Assembly (NCBI RefSeq): GCF_006345805.1
Contig: NC_042997.1
Coordinates: 99,386,001 to 99,450,000, forward strand
DNA from: Octopus sinensis
Lineage: Eukaryota
Direction: 5' to 3'
DNA length: 64,000 nucleotides
The stretch's first letter is position 1; each line of letters opens with the position of its first letter. The notes under the pieces are model-generated. The model was given only the letters and a program-made list of their open reading frames with translations, was not told where the DNA came from and made no database searches. This document shows positions 39,721 through 54,132 of the stretch, piece after piece. The translations under genes and the position numbers were made by a program.

Positions 39721-41289
39721 GCGCAAGAGAGAGAGAGAGAGGGGGGTGCCTGTGTTTTTTTTGTTTTCTTTTTTTGTGTATGAGTCTTTTTAATCGATAG
39801 TACTTTACGTGCCGGACGTGCATTACTTAGAGAAGTGCAACTCTCGTCGTAAATAATGAGACGGAAATCTGGCAGAAATTCGGAGGGAAAAACCTTTCAG
39901 TATTCTTTCCGGTTCTCTTCGATCTGAGTCCAAAGCCTGCCGGTGCCTACTTCCAGTGTCGATCAACTACTAGACGGGATTGCCCTCTTTCATTTTATTT
40001 TTTATTTTCTCTGTAAGGAAATCTTAGCGGTTAGTCCAGGGCGACTTCCTAACGAATTGATCAAGAGGTTAAAGCCCAAAGTAAAAAAAAATTTCTCACG
40101 TGTGATGCTTATATATAGTGAATTGAACTATGAACTTGCAGACTTAAATACATTGGCAATTGCTTTATATGGCATCGACGAGAGGACAGACAGTGTATAT
40201 CTTTCTTCGAAATGGCATTTTGTTGTATTTCTTAAGTGATCTTTAGAATCATGGAAACCCTACAAGATATGAAGTAACTTCGAAAATTTAATTCAGTTAC
40301 CACCTCAATGCTCGTTTTCATTATATTTCATATCACCATAGCTACAGAAAATATTAATTTAGAGTTGAACTAAGTTAAACAAATATTCTTCAATTTAGAA
40401 GGAAATAAAATTATTTTTCGAATCGCAATAAACACGCCTCTAATAGCTGTTATTGGCTATCTTAACATATCTTTCCAAAAGTATGTTTGAGAATCTTTTA
40501 CAAACCACAAATATTCTGTATTGAATTTCACTTTTGTTTAAAAATCAATACTGTTAAACATTTCTGGTAGATCATCTATTATTGCAGTTGAAGTTTTATA
40601 TTTTTTCATTCATTCAACATAATATTGGGCAATTTCATTTCTCCTTTGAGAATTGAAAATCTAATGAAATCTCTGTAAATAATGTTCGAACTGATTCTGT
40701 ATTTACAAGGCAATTGAACTGCTTTAGTATTACAACACTTCGTTTAAATTTAAAAAACGATAAATATAAATATTAGAAATTTTAATAAAATCTGTGAAAA
40801 GGAAAAGCATTATCATTATAAATATCGTTCAGAGCGAAAAGTGCATAGATATCTCTAAAACGATACATATAATACATGTTATACAACTCTCAAAACTGCT
40901 TATATCTAATGCTTAAATTTCAAAAACAATCATTACCATGTCTTAAAGTCAATGAATATAAGTCATTATGTTTCTGAATTATTACACATTTCTTTGTTTG
41001 CAAACGTGGAAGACTCAGAACGAAAGTGCAACTCTCCCTCAAGTCAAGCTATATTATCTTATGTAAGGAAGAGCACATCGGATACTATGGTCCTACATAG
41101 CATTACCTTATAATTTAAAAAATGGGAAGGTTCTGGAGGACTTTATCATAGTTCTGTTCTAACATATTACCTGAAGCTAAACAACATCTTAAGTTAATTC
41201 CTCATATAGAAATCAGACTTTAGAATCATAGGAGATTTAGTCTAACATTTTTTGATAATCATCTTTGTTTCTCAAAGGAAATTATAAAT

Positions 41290-41700
41290 TAAATTAAATT
41301 ATTGCAAGCAACTTTTAAAAAATATCACAAGTACGTCTCCACGAGAAATCAGTCCTTATCTTCAGCAACCGATATTGTAGCGGCCTCTGCTTCTGGAAAC
41401 TAGTTGACCTCTTGCCATTTTCACCCAATCTTCCCAAACCGCACGTCTCTCCTCTTCTCGTCATCCATATTATAACCTTGTTTACCATACCAGGCCCAAC
41501 ACTAACTTCTTTTTCCCAATCCTTTCTCTTCACACTGCCAAGCCTCTGGAATTCTTTTCCTCTCTAGATCTTTCATGTTGCCATATATTTACAATTGTTC
41601 AAGAATAACACCACTAATCGATCTGCTTGGTCTCCGAGTCTCTCAATAATCCGTTGTTCTAGATCTAACGATGGAAAGAAAACATTTTTGTGTTGATTTA
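41290..41700 (-). mobile_element. Possible highly decayed RTE-like LINE C-terminus
   Basis: Weak WYG...MDDEKRR similarity to the WYGHV.RM motif. Confidence 0.3.
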
Positions 41701-42002
41701 TAAATTCTTTTACAAAAACAAAAACTGGTTCTATTGGATAATTGATGTAGTCAGTCCTTATGTCAATATTGATGGCCTTTGTCTATTCAACCTTAAGAGT
41801 TACCATTTCGTATAGTGTCCCTTTAGAATAATCATTAATCTTTTTATTAATTTTCTTATAAAGCGGTGAATTGAGGGAGTCGTTATAGCATTAGGTAAAA
41901 TATCTTGCGGAGTTTGTTGGAGCTCTCTACGTTCTCAATTCAAATACTACGGATGTCAACTCGTCGTTTCGGGAGAAATCAAGAAGGGAATTCTTCCCCT
42001 AC

Positions 42003-42053
<51 letters not shown>

Positions 42054-42239
42054 GAATGGATGAAATGTAGTCAGACTAGGAGGAGAACGATCTCTGAAAG
42101 ATTTAGATACCTAAAACATGCTGTAGGTCACAGTTTCATTGCTACAACTTCATCAGAAGCTGGATGTACAAGGGAAGGCAAGGTAATCAGGCAAGTAATT
42201 TTAGTATACATTTAATACGTCTTATTTAACCAACAAAAG

Positions 42240-42680
42240 GTCGCGAACTGGCAGAGTCGTTACCGCGCCGAACAAAATGCTTAGCGGTAGTTTTTCCGGC
42301 TTTACTTTCTGAGTTCAAGTTCTACCGAGATCGACTTTACATTTTATCCTTTCAGCGCCGATAAAATAAGCACAAGTTAAGTACTGGAGTCAACTAGCCC
42401 GCTCCACTTCAAAGTTGCTGGCCCTGTGTCAACATTTGAAATCATTATTTTATCAACACAAGGCGACGTGCTGACAGAATCGTTACTGCGCCGGTCAAAA
42501 ATGGTTAGCGGCATTTCTTGTGGCTTTACGATCTGAGCTCAGCACCACCGAGGCCAATTTTGCCATTCCTCCTTTCGAGGTCGATGACATCAGTTCCAGT
42601 TGATCACAGGTGTTGTTGTAATGGACTACCCCTTCTCCTAAACGTTCGGATATTGTGCCAACAACAGAAAGAATTATTTA
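42240..42680 (+). mobile_element. Two tandem SINE family B copies with tail type 2
   Basis: Heads near 42243 and 42462; tails GTTGCTGGCCCTGTGTCAACATTTGAAATCATTATT and ATTGTGCCAACAACAGAAAGAATTATT. Confidence 0.8.
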
Positions 42681-42709
42681 AAACGAAAAGCAGATCACAA
42701 CGGGCTTAA

Positions 42710-45048
42710 CCCTCCATTGGTGCAGCGGGTTATGGCTTAGCCAAAGTAATGTTTTGCGTTTGACAACAGTGAAACAGTATCTTCCCATGTAATTTCCTGC
42801 CAATGTGCACTGAGCTGATACAACAGGTTGCTCAGTGTACTGTTGGCAAAGGGAGGGAGTATACATACAGTAATTGCGTCTTGGAGTGTTGCAAACTCCT
42901 CCACTCCTTTCTCATAGGTAATTTTTCTAAAGCATATATTTCCTTTATTATCGTATATGTGTGTCATAAGGATCAGGATACACATATAATATACATTTGT
43001 GTTGTTCTTATTTTTATGATACATATTTATGGTGGCTTTCTATTTTCAAAATCAAAATGAATTATTGCAAACAAATAGAACGGTTGACAGAAATGAATGA
43101 AAGAGAGCTAGATAAAGAGGATGATATATTACTCCTAGAAGAACGAGATAAACTGGAGTCAGAAGACGAAGCACTAGTAAGTAAAGAACAAAGAGGGGAT
43201 GATGAAGAAGAGGGGGAACCAAGAGTGGATGGAGAAGAAAAAGACGAGAGTACAACAGAAAAAAGGAGGAAGTAACTGAAGAGGAGGAAGTAACTGAAGC
43301 TAATAAGGCAAATCCAAATCCACAGAGTAATAGGTCAAGAGACTGTAAGTTTATCAGCAGAGATCAAACTGTTTGGAACAAAGTTCCTCCAGCTCTTCCA
43401 CGGAGCATACACGCACATAACATTATACGAGGTACCCCTGAACGAAGAGGAAAAACAAGAGACGTGCATGATGTAGTGGAGTGATGGGATCTGTTATTTA
43501 CTCCAGGCCCTCTGAATGACTTAAGATGATGCACTAATATCTATATTGACACTAATTAAGGAATATTTAAAGAGGAATCCCGAATCAGACAAACCAATGA
43601 AAGGGAGAGAAAGCTGTAACAGGACTGCTTTGTCTCTTGGGAGCTTTAGATCTAACCGAATGAATATAGAGTATGTTTGAGCAGCTGATGGAACAGGAAT
43701 AGAGATATTTCAAGCAACTATGTCTCTGCAGCGCTTTCGTTTCCTGTTGGCTTCTTTGAGGTTTGATAACATCCACACACGGGCTGAAAAGAGAGCAGAA
43801 AATAAGTTTACAACTTTTAGAAACTTCTTTGAGACATTTGTTGATAACTTAAATCCAATTACACTCAAACAATATATGACAGTGGATGAAATGCTGGCTG
43901 CCTTTAGAGATGATTGTCCTTTTACGCAATACATACCAAATAAGCCAGCTAAATATGGTATCAAAATATTTGCATTGGCTGATACTAAAACCCATTATGT
44001 GTTAAACATAGAAGTCTACTTGGGAAAGCAACTAGAAAGCCCTTTTGTAGTAGATAACTATAAAGGCAGTAGTAAAGTGAATTGTTTCTTATATCAGCAG
44101 AACTGAGAGAAACATTACGGTGGACATCTGGTGTACCAGTTACGTTCTAGTAGTCGACCTCCAGAGGGATTATAAACTAACATTAGTGGCACTAATGAGG
44201 AAAAACAAGAGAAAAATCCTTGTTGCTGTCAAAGGTACAACAGAGTATACAAGTTTGTTTGATTTCCAGAAAAACGCCGAACTGACGTCTTATATAAGCA
44301 AGAAACGTGTGTAGCACAAAGCATCATGATGATACTGCAGTTAATGCAGACACCAAAGAAAAAAGGAACCAATGGTCAATACCTTCTACAACTGTACTAA
44401 AGGAGGGGTGGATAACGTTGACCAGTTGTGTTCAACATATAATGGTTCCCAAAATACTCGACGCTGGCCTCTTACAGCTTTTACACCACACTCAATGTTG
44501 TAGGAATAAATGCATTCAATATATGCATGGCAAACTCTCAATCAACCATCATGCGGCGGAATTTTTCGAAAATGTTAGGGATGAAGTTGGTAGAAGACCA
44601 TATTAACCATCGAAAAGACAGTTCCGGGTTTGAAAAGAAACCTGAAAAAGAAGATCCACCACTTCTCATCTAAGAAATTACTTCCAAAACGCCGTCGTGC
44701 AAGTTTTCAAGAAAGATACACATTGTACCCCAAATCAAAGGATCAAAAGACAAAGAATAGCTCTCAAAAGTGTTCGAAACCCATCTGCTTGGATCATTCA
44801 TTCATAGTTTGTGTTCACTGCTATGGTAAGGATGACAAGGACGAGAATGCGATCAGTGACAAGGACTAGAAAAACACCAAATGGTTTACCAAATAAAATG
44901 TCTGCGCTTTTTGTTTGCCTTCCTTAGTTTTTCAATTTTCTTTCAATTGTCCAATAGATGAAATTTTCTTTATGTAAGATTAAAATGTCTTTTGAGAAAC
45001 AATTGTACAGAAACTCTTGATAAATAAAATACCTACACCAACGGAGGG
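42710..45048 (+). mobile_element. Full-length decayed piggyBac, 2339 bp
   Basis: TTAA at 42706-09 and 45049-52; TIRs CCCTCC(A/G)TTGGTG. Transposase ~43057-44869 with TVDEML..CPFTQYIPNKPAKYGIKI, NITVDIW.TS, YN.TKGGVDNVDQ and a decayed Cys-rich C-terminus. Confidence 0.92.
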
Positions 45049-45689
45049 TTAAAATTCCAAAGGTATATGTATTATATTCCTATTAATTATACAATAATGT
45101 TTATATTTATGATAACAATGCTGTATTATACGATATGCTGAAAATAGCAATCAAAATTTCCCTCAAACCGAAACCTCTCACTTGACACAAAAAATAGAGC
45201 ACTTTGGATAATGTGGTCCTTAGGTACCCTGTACCCAGTAAAATAACAAGACGATCAGTATTGAAGTATGTTTTCTAATTGGCCTGCTCAATCAAAGCTA
45301 ACTTAAATGTAAAGAACAGAAATAACAACGTAAGCTCCCATCAAACCGACATCATGATGCTATTTTAGTTCCATCTCATGTATACGTCCTTAATAACAGA
45401 CGGAAATGTATGAACATTTTAATTTTCCTTCTACCTCCTTTCTTTTTCTGAAGTTTAGCATCTGAACTGTAGAGCTTCTTTGCTTTGCCAAACAGAAAAC
45501 ACACATACACACGTGTATGTATGTGCATGTGTTAATCTATATGCGTGGCGTGTGTGTGTGCGCGCGAGTGTGTATGTGCATGTGTATGCGTATATGTATG
45601 TATGTGGTATGTGTGTGTATATATATATATATACATATATAGTATTTATTGATTTCTGTAAAAACTATACACACACACCCATAAATACA

Positions 45690-45845
<156 letters not shown>

Positions 45846-47222
45846 TTGTATTTATTGACTTCTATAAATACACCAAAACTATCCAGTTTTCCACATAGAT
45901 TTTCCTCTCTGATCAAAAGGTACAAAAGTTTAGCTGAATTTTATCGTCAACTTAATTATTTATTGACAGTACTTTCTGCGAAGTTTAACATAAAAGGGAA
46001 TGTTGTTTGTGTTCATTGTTGTTATTTTGTGTTGTTGCTTGTTTATTTTTAGCTAATCTGAATTGCTTTAAAAACGCCAGTACAGACACTAAGAGGAAAG
46101 ATGTTGTAAAGCATATAGAGATAAATATTGCACCTACAAAAGAAGAAGAAATATCTAAGAGGGAAAAACTTTCTAATCTCGTTAGCAGACACCAAGGAGA
46201 AAGAAAGAGAGATACTATCATGGCGTTATAGGAAAATTATAACTACGAACAGTAATTTTCTGAACATCAAAAGGACTTGGTATGGCTGTGTAACTAAAAC
46301 AGTTTGCAGTGCAACCACGTGACTCTTGGTTCGAACCTATTACACAACACCTTGAACAATTGTCCTCTACCATAGACTAAAGTTAACCGTTACTTTATGA
46401 GCAGAATTCGATCTGCGCAGAAGCCCATTGCATGTATACGTGTATGTCTTTTGGCGAAAGGTGTAAACATCAACGCAGAAAACAATAAACTGGTACCTTC
46501 GAGCAAATACCTTGTGATATTTGTTCTTCCCGAGTTGCACACACAAACTGCCCTTTTTTATTCTCTCTCTGTGTAAATTCAGTAACCCAACCAATTGCTG
46601 CATTTAATTGGGGTTACTGAATTTAACTTCAGAAACGTGGAACCAACGATGCTATTGTTTATAAAAACTGTGACATATAAAAAAAAACACAATACAGTCA
46701 CGTGAATATTTCAAGACGGAGAATGAACGCTTAATAAGAGACCTTAATGAGGAAGTAAAAGTAAATTTTATGCGATTATGTGAGAGGGATTGCATCTAAG
46801 CAACAACAAAGAGTATCTCAAACGGAACAGAAACATTTTCATATCTTAAAATGCAGTGTCAAAAATTTCGTCGCACTTCTGCTACCAGGCCACTAATATA
46901 ACACTCACGTAATTCAGTTGATAGATCATCAAACTTTTAATTTTGATTTAATTTATGAAAGTATCTGAACTTGGTTGGTCTTTCTGAGGATGTAGTAAGT
47001 AAATTTCCATATTCATTAATGTAATGATTAATGGCTATATCGTCAGTCCCTTTGAACATTATCAAATAAGGAAATCATCATAACTAGATGTTACGCAGTA
47101 TTTTTTTAATCCTTTAATTAGGAGTGAAAGGCGATGTCCATGGCTTTTCACAAGGCCTCTGAAGCTAGTTGCAGACAGGTAAATAGGTCCCCACTGACCA
47201 GAAATACGGTATGAATGAAAAA

Positions 47223-47460
47223 GGCGGCGAACTGGCAGAAACGTTAGCACGCCGGGCGAAATGCGTAGCCGTATTTCGTCTGCCGCTACGTTCTGAGTTC
47301 AAATTCCGCCGAGGTCGACTGTGCCTTTCATCCTTTCGGGGTCGATAAATTAATTACCAGTTACGCACTGGGGTCGATATAATCGACTTAATCTGTTTGT
47401 CTGTCCTTGTTTGTCCTCTCTGTGTTTAGCCCCTTGTGGGCAATAAAAAAATAAGAAATA
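47223..47460 (+). mobile_element. SINE family B, full length, tail type 1
   Basis: GGCGGCGAACTGGCAGAAACGTTAGCACGCCGGGCGAAATG...GAGTTCAAATTCC...CTGTGTTTAGCCCCTTGTGGGCAATAAA. Confidence 0.92.
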
Positions 47461-48149
47461 CGGTATCAATGCTTGCAACAGATTAGAGTCCGTAAAAGGC
47501 ATCCAGTGACCAGATGGTGGCGTTAAACTAAGCAATGGATTAGGTCTACTACTGCAATAGACCACTATGGTATTTTATGTTAGAACACAAAAAGCTGGAG
47601 CGACACACATCCGATGCTACGACAATTCTGCCAATTCACTGTCCAAGAATGGTACTCTATATATCAACCCTGGACGAATAAGTAGCAAAGTTGGCTTCTT
47701 TGGGATTTGAAATCAGAATATAAGAAAGTGGAACAAATAACTGCAATGTATTTTGTCTGGTACACTCACAAGTAAATCAGTTCCTCACTTACGTTAAATT
47801 TGAATTGATGCAGCTTATAAGCTGATGGGAAAGTGGGCTCGTGACATAATCGATTCTACTTCATGAGGCTTTTGTACGTTTCATTCAATTTGCTCTCCGA
47901 TTGCCATCAGATGCATAAGCTGCTTAATAGATACGAGTGTTTTTACCCTTAATTTATAAATAAATATTCTTATTTTCAATCCAGCCTGGTACTGAGTTCC
48001 TCATATGCATAGATAAGATACCTGATGACGATTAGAAGTCAAACTGACAGAAATGTAATAGATATGTATATATTAAAAAATATTTTTTTCTCATCCAAAA
48101 CTGAGGTGCTAAAAACTAAAAAGTATCACTCATGTAGATGTCACTCGCA

Positions 48150-48800
48150 AGTGAGTATGGCTTAGTGACATAAATTACGCTTCGCAGTATATGATCTGGC
48201 GTTCTGAGCTGAAATCTCGCTCAGATGAATTTAGCCTTGCAGCCTTTTGGAATCGATACACGAAATTACCAATTAAATACTGGAGTCGATGGAATTGACA
48301 AATCCCCTCGCTTCGAAAAATTACTAATTTTGTTCCTAAATCAAAAGTACAAGGTCAGCAATTTTGGGTGTGGGATAAGTCGATAACATCGACCCCAATG
48401 CTCAACTGCTACTTATTTCATCGACCTCGAAAGGAATTAGAGACAAAGTTGACCTCGGCGGAATTTGAACTCAGAACACAAAGACTGAAGAAATGCCACT
48501 AAGCATTTTGTCCGCAATGCTAACGATTCAGCCAACTCGTCGCTTTGATGTGTTTTTTTTTAATAGTAATGAAGCTAAAGGCGGTGAGCTGACAGAATCG
48601 TTAGCACGCCGGGCTTAGCGACATTTCGTCCGTCTTTACGTTCTGAGTCCAAATGCTGATGGGGTCGACTTTGCCTTTCGTCCTTTCGAAATCAATAAAG
48701 TAAGTAGCAGTTGATCACTGGGGTCGATATAATCGACTTACCTTCATCTCCCATCCCACCCCGAAATTGCTGGCCTTGTGCTAAAATTAGAAACCAATAT
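48150..48800. mobile_element. Cluster of three SINE family B copies in alternating orientation (+, -, +)
   Basis: Approximately 48150-48345 (+, decayed), 48350-48545 (-) and 48580-48800 (+). Confidence 0.75.
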
Positions 48801-49648
48801 TTATGAGGCTGAAACTATAACAGAGAGAGAGGCCAGTTGGGCTATTGCGCTCTGTTTTCAAATCCAATAAAATCATCTATGTCCCAGATTCATTTCATCC
48901 CTCTGAATATGATACACCTTTGCTAACATTTAGAAAACATGTTTTCTAAGTTATTTATTTCTATGAAGGTGATCATGCGTAATATAAACGTAATTGATTA
49001 GAGTTTAAAACAGGAAATTTTTTATGTACTTATCAATGTTTCTTTACGATCTATATTTTTGCTCGGCATATTAAAGATGTATAAATTTTCTGATGTTTAT
49101 TTTAGAAATTTATCTCAAACTAGAATAAACTTCAACGTTTCACTAATTGAATGATTATTTTCGAAACTAGAAAAAAAGAAATTTGTGACGATCAATATAA
49201 CTCTAATTACGATCTTTGATCTACTGTAAAGCATCGATTAGCTATCTTCTACGACTCCAGTAAAACTTGCAGAAGAGACAGTACTGACAAGATCGTTGAC
49301 ACTGCAAGAAAAAATTCTGTATTCCTATCATTCTTGAATGGTATTTAAATTGACAGTGAAGTTATAAAATATTAATATACAGAGACTTTGTAAACACTCT
49401 TAACATATCTAGTCAAGCTTACACAGATTTTTATAGTTCGCACATTGAAAGTTGAGATTATGGTTGTGCATTTGCATTTTAATAATGAAAACTAGCTAGT
49501 TTGGCTCTGAAGTTGATGTTTTGAATTTTGAGCCACAGCCGGTACTAAAGCAGAACGCGTTTCTTGGTTATCCGAGTAACGGGTAATATGGAATGACGAT
49601 ATGATTCATGTTTGTGCGTTCGTGTGTGTGTGCGTTCGTGTGTGTGTG

Positions 49649-49704
<56 letters not shown>

Positions 49705-50689
49705 GTTGAAATCTTTTCTTGGCCAATAACATCCCAGATTGTTTGGTCTATAGACGTTAGTGATAAGGCATTTCGAGAACATGGTGACCCTGCCATTGCC
49801 CTTACAGAAGTTACTCTGTTCCGCATTGTGCAAGTTTCCCCATTAGTCGAGTGATTACTCCTTATCGATACTGTACTTCCACTATACTACAATCCATGGC
49901 TTCACCTGTAATTCTAAATTGGATGACCTATCTGTCGGGTGCTTTTCTTTGCTAAAGCTCATCCTGTGTTTAGTCCGGGACGGCTTGTTTTCATAACCGT
50001 CACTAAATCCTATATCTAGAGGCTGTTCCAATATCCATCATCCGGGGACTTTTCCAGGAAATATTTTCATTCACAACATTCAGTGATTAAATATATGCCT
50101 TTGTCACAAGATGATGCATGTTAAAACCCTACAAGGGTACAAAATAGACATTCCTAATAAACATTAAACAAATAAAAATATAAAACCTAAATGACATTCA
50201 AGGAAATTAAATGAACCAGAACCTTTATGAAATAAGAATTGAAAATTAAAAGAATATTCTAAGGTAAGAATTCAGTATTTTGAAATATTTGTAAAGCAAA
50301 TAAACCGGCATAAACTTTATTAACAAAACCTTTATTCAAAAAACAATACAATATTATAATATAACAGATGTAGGAAAGCAAAGTAGATGGAAAGAAATGC
50401 ACATCTGTTGGAACTACTATGACCAAATAGCATGAACTGCAATCCATCTAGATACTACACTTATTAGATAGCCTTGATATTCATTAGGTAAAGTTACCAT
50501 ACATTTCAAGTGTTATTCACTTTCACTTTCCTTCGGCAATCATTAAAGACTATGATTTAATAAACAAGGTTGTTTTGCAAGTCGCCAACAGTAGTCAAAG
50601 ATAAAGACTAGTGAAATATTCAAAAACAGCGACTAATAGTGAAAGAATTTAATAGGTCAGATACTGTTACACTACAGTTCCTGTTCATT

Positions 50690-51470
50690 GATTTCTTTTG
50701 TCGTCCTTAACAGTGGTATCCTGGTATTTCTAGAACTTAAAAGTCAAGCATATTGGACTCATCTTCCGTGGCTTCCATATCATTCATAACTTCTCCATTG
50801 TACCAATGCAAGAAAGTATTACGTCTAGGCATAATAGTCAACTCTTCAGAGGGGCATATGAATAACGTTTGCATAACGATACATAGCGGTATTATTTCCA
50901 GTAAAATACACAAAAACATTTAAGTCCATATAGAACAATATCACGCATGATTGTTTTTTACATTGCTCGGAATTCACTCAGTAAAACAGTTGCTATTCTT
51001 ATTCCATAAGCTTGGGGTTTAATCATCAACATCCATTGACATGCAACCTTGAAATATAGTGACAAGTATCAGACAGCAACTGCATCTTTGATCACATACT
51101 ATGTTTGATGTGCAAGTTTCTATAAAAGAAGTTCTATGCTCAGATTTACTGGCCGCCTCGAACTATTAGAGAGGCAAAGCGAGGTATGACGAAATATAAT
51201 GAAGGAAAAGGTACCATGTTGACAGCCAGTTTATGGAGATCAACTAACCTGAAATCTGCAAACTTGTGATATCACAAACCACGAGTTAAGTCACCATGAG
51301 TGCAGGCAGAAAGTTTCAACGTACAACGGTTAATATCAGCTTCGTTATCTATGCACAATGTTTCAACTGATTTCCACCAGTTGGTGAAGTTATATTTTGA
51401 AATTATAGGACTCTCTCGTTTAGAGAATGCGTGGGAAAAGACTACGCGCCTTCATTGGTCAGTTAAAGTT
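50690..51470 (-). pseudogene. TUBB: Decayed beta-tubulin fragment (middle to C-terminus)
   Basis: Colinear frameshifted motifs E.YN, HQLVE (51372-86), [22 protein letters not shown] (51203-41), [27 protein letters not shown] and YQD. Confidence 0.85.
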
Positions 51471-52197
51471 GAGACAGTGTCGCATGACAACTTGCTGGGG
51501 CTGCCTGCTGGAGCCTAGCAGCAGGTATTTAAAGGAGAAAAAAATTGACAAGGCAGTCAGTCACCCGCTGACACTACATCGAAGAGGTCAGGGAACAGAA
51601 TAAAGAAGACATGCACCCAACACCAAAGCTGAAGACACCTCCGAAAGTGGGGGGGGGGGACATCAAAACGGTAGAGGAGTAGGGGCCGTAACCGGACGTG
51701 GTTCCTCCTGATGATGTCTTGAGCTAACTGGATCCTATAAAGAAGCTGTTGTGGTAGCAGACCACGAAACACGGTTGAAATTCCCCAGTATCAAATACCT
51801 GCGAGAAAATAATATAGCCTGTTAGTTTAGATGACAAGTGTATTTGAGTTAATGATGCAATTATGAGCTACATAAGAACTAAACATCGGAATTGTAATAT
51901 TTCTAAACTAAATTGCTTAGAGGTTCTAGAAATTATATCCTAACAGACATTTATTGGGAAGAAATTTAGAATAAAATAGTCTTTGGTTTAGAAACTTTTA
52001 AATATTTCCGAGACACACAATATACAAACGAAATAATTTCACGTTTGACAGCGCTAACCAGTGGCAGCAGCTAAGTAGGAGAAAAATGTTTGTTTTGCGC
52101 ATGTGTTTGTGTGTGTGTAAATATATATATATATATATGTATGTATGTATATATAGCATATATATATATGTATATAGCATATATATATGTATATATA

Positions 52198-52245
<48 letters not shown>

Positions 52246-53659
52246 TATTCTTAAATGTATACCTTAAGTGTTATTTTATGTCATTATTTCTATAATTAAG
52301 TTAGAGTGATATTTCTCGTTAAATGAGCAGTGGATCACACGAAATATAAATAAAATGAAAGAAGAGTGCGTGATTAATTTTATATATCCTAGCTGGTGGA
52401 GTAGAGAGGCGTAATTAAAATTTTAAATTTCTTTAGGTCTAATTCAGTTTGTTTAATGTAGCTAGCGGAAAACAGCGGTGTAATTAAATTTGAAATACCT
52501 GAAGTATCGAAACAGCTTCTGAATTATTCTTTAAACCAGGAAATTTTCAAAATAATGTACAGTGGCGTGATGAAATGAAGCGAGAACTAGGAAATTACAT
52601 TTTCTCAAAATTTCTCTTCAATGTTAGAAATCATTACATCATGTAAGAAATTGATCGTACTCATTTTTTCTTTTAGATTGTGTTATATTTCATTTTTTTT
52701 CTTTTGATTCCTTTTATGAAAAATATTTTATAATCATCAGAAATATACAGAAATATAAGCTTCGAATTTTATTGCATTTTCACAGTTCTACAAAATGTTA
52801 GTGTTAGTATTGGCTTTTTGTCTAGATTTATGTAATACAGTATATAGGTGGTGTTACTACTAATACTCGGAATATACTATTCAAATAGATCACTTATATA
52901 CAGATGGCGCTATCGGAAATAAACAAAAATATCTCTAAAATACACTGTCTTTCTCCTGTAGCTCTGGTATGCAAAATTAATATCTTTCCAATTTATAACG
53001 TTTTTTGCCTTCCATCACTTTATCGAAATAGGTCACGGTATTTATTTACATTCTAGCTGAAATATATCGAGGTGTTCAATAAAATATTAGTATGGTATAG
53101 TAGTCAGTACAACCGACTGTACTCTCCTAAAATTTGAAGATTTTTTTTCTCTGTCTTCGTGTTTTCTCCGACTGATTGGATCTTTGTTTCTGTTGTTATC
53201 AATCAGCAGCTTGCGGACCCTGCTAGACATTTATGCATTTTCCCAATTCTTTAGTTCAAAAACCTCTCAAGTGGCTGTTGCTACCAAAAGTGTAACAACT
53301 GAAAATCCAGGTCTACCCCTTCCTTCTGTTTCACTGCTTTAGATGCAGTAGAGTGAGGAGGTCATCAGGACTTGCAACTCTTCGCTGACTCCTTTCGACA
53401 GCATAATAGTTTTCGCTACTGGTGCACTTAACACTCGTCTGTATGGCATTACAAAAGCGACAATTAGCCAGGATCCCATATTATTTGCCATGCTCTTGAT
53501 TGCTGCTTTTGTATTCCGGGTACAGCTCGCATTCTAAGGGGTGTATTGTGTCTTTGAGTCACAAGAGAAGGCACTACTTGAAACTCTGGTGATTTGTTAT
53601 TGCCTGCTTTGAAGTAAAGAATAACCGGTAATTAAGAACTTTCCTATAGTTTTTCAGCA

Positions 53660-53679
53660 TAATAATAATAATAATAATA

Positions 53680-53772
<93 letters not shown>

Positions 53773-53790
53773 TAATAATAATAATAATAG
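53660..53790. repeat. (TAA)n/(TGA)n/(TAA)n
   Basis: Direct reading. Confidence 0.95.
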
Positions 53791-53791
53791 A

Positions 53792-54132
53792 TATAAGAGA
53801 ATAGAAATGCCAGTCTCCCAAATGTGAGAGGTATAGAAAAATAGCAAAGTACCAGGACCTAGCTATTGTTTTACAGAGACTGCGATAAGTGCGGATAAAA
53901 TGTATCCCAGTAGTTATATGTGGATTGGGAACTATCCCTAAAGATCTGAACAAATAGATAAAGGAAATAGGCATAAAACCAAGTTTAGTACAAATCCAGA
54001 AAACAATGTTATTAGGGACAGCTAGGATACTTAGGAGGGTCCTTAGCATCTAAGGTTACTTGCTGTAACCGATGTTAGTATTCTTTTCTTTTCCAACAGC
54101 CTAATCTCTTGAGTGAATATGAAAATAATAAT
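53792..54132 (+). mobile_element. R4/Dong-like RLE LINE, extreme 3' fragment
   Basis: KIAKYQDLAI..IPVVICGLGTIPK..IQKTMLLGTARILRRVLSI*; TAA repeats on both sides. Confidence 0.8.

Noticed and set aside
51565-51798. 234-nt minus-strand exon candidate with good AG and GT sites next to the tubulin fossil
   Set aside because: All three frames contain stops, and similarity to the tubulin N-terminus is not convincing.
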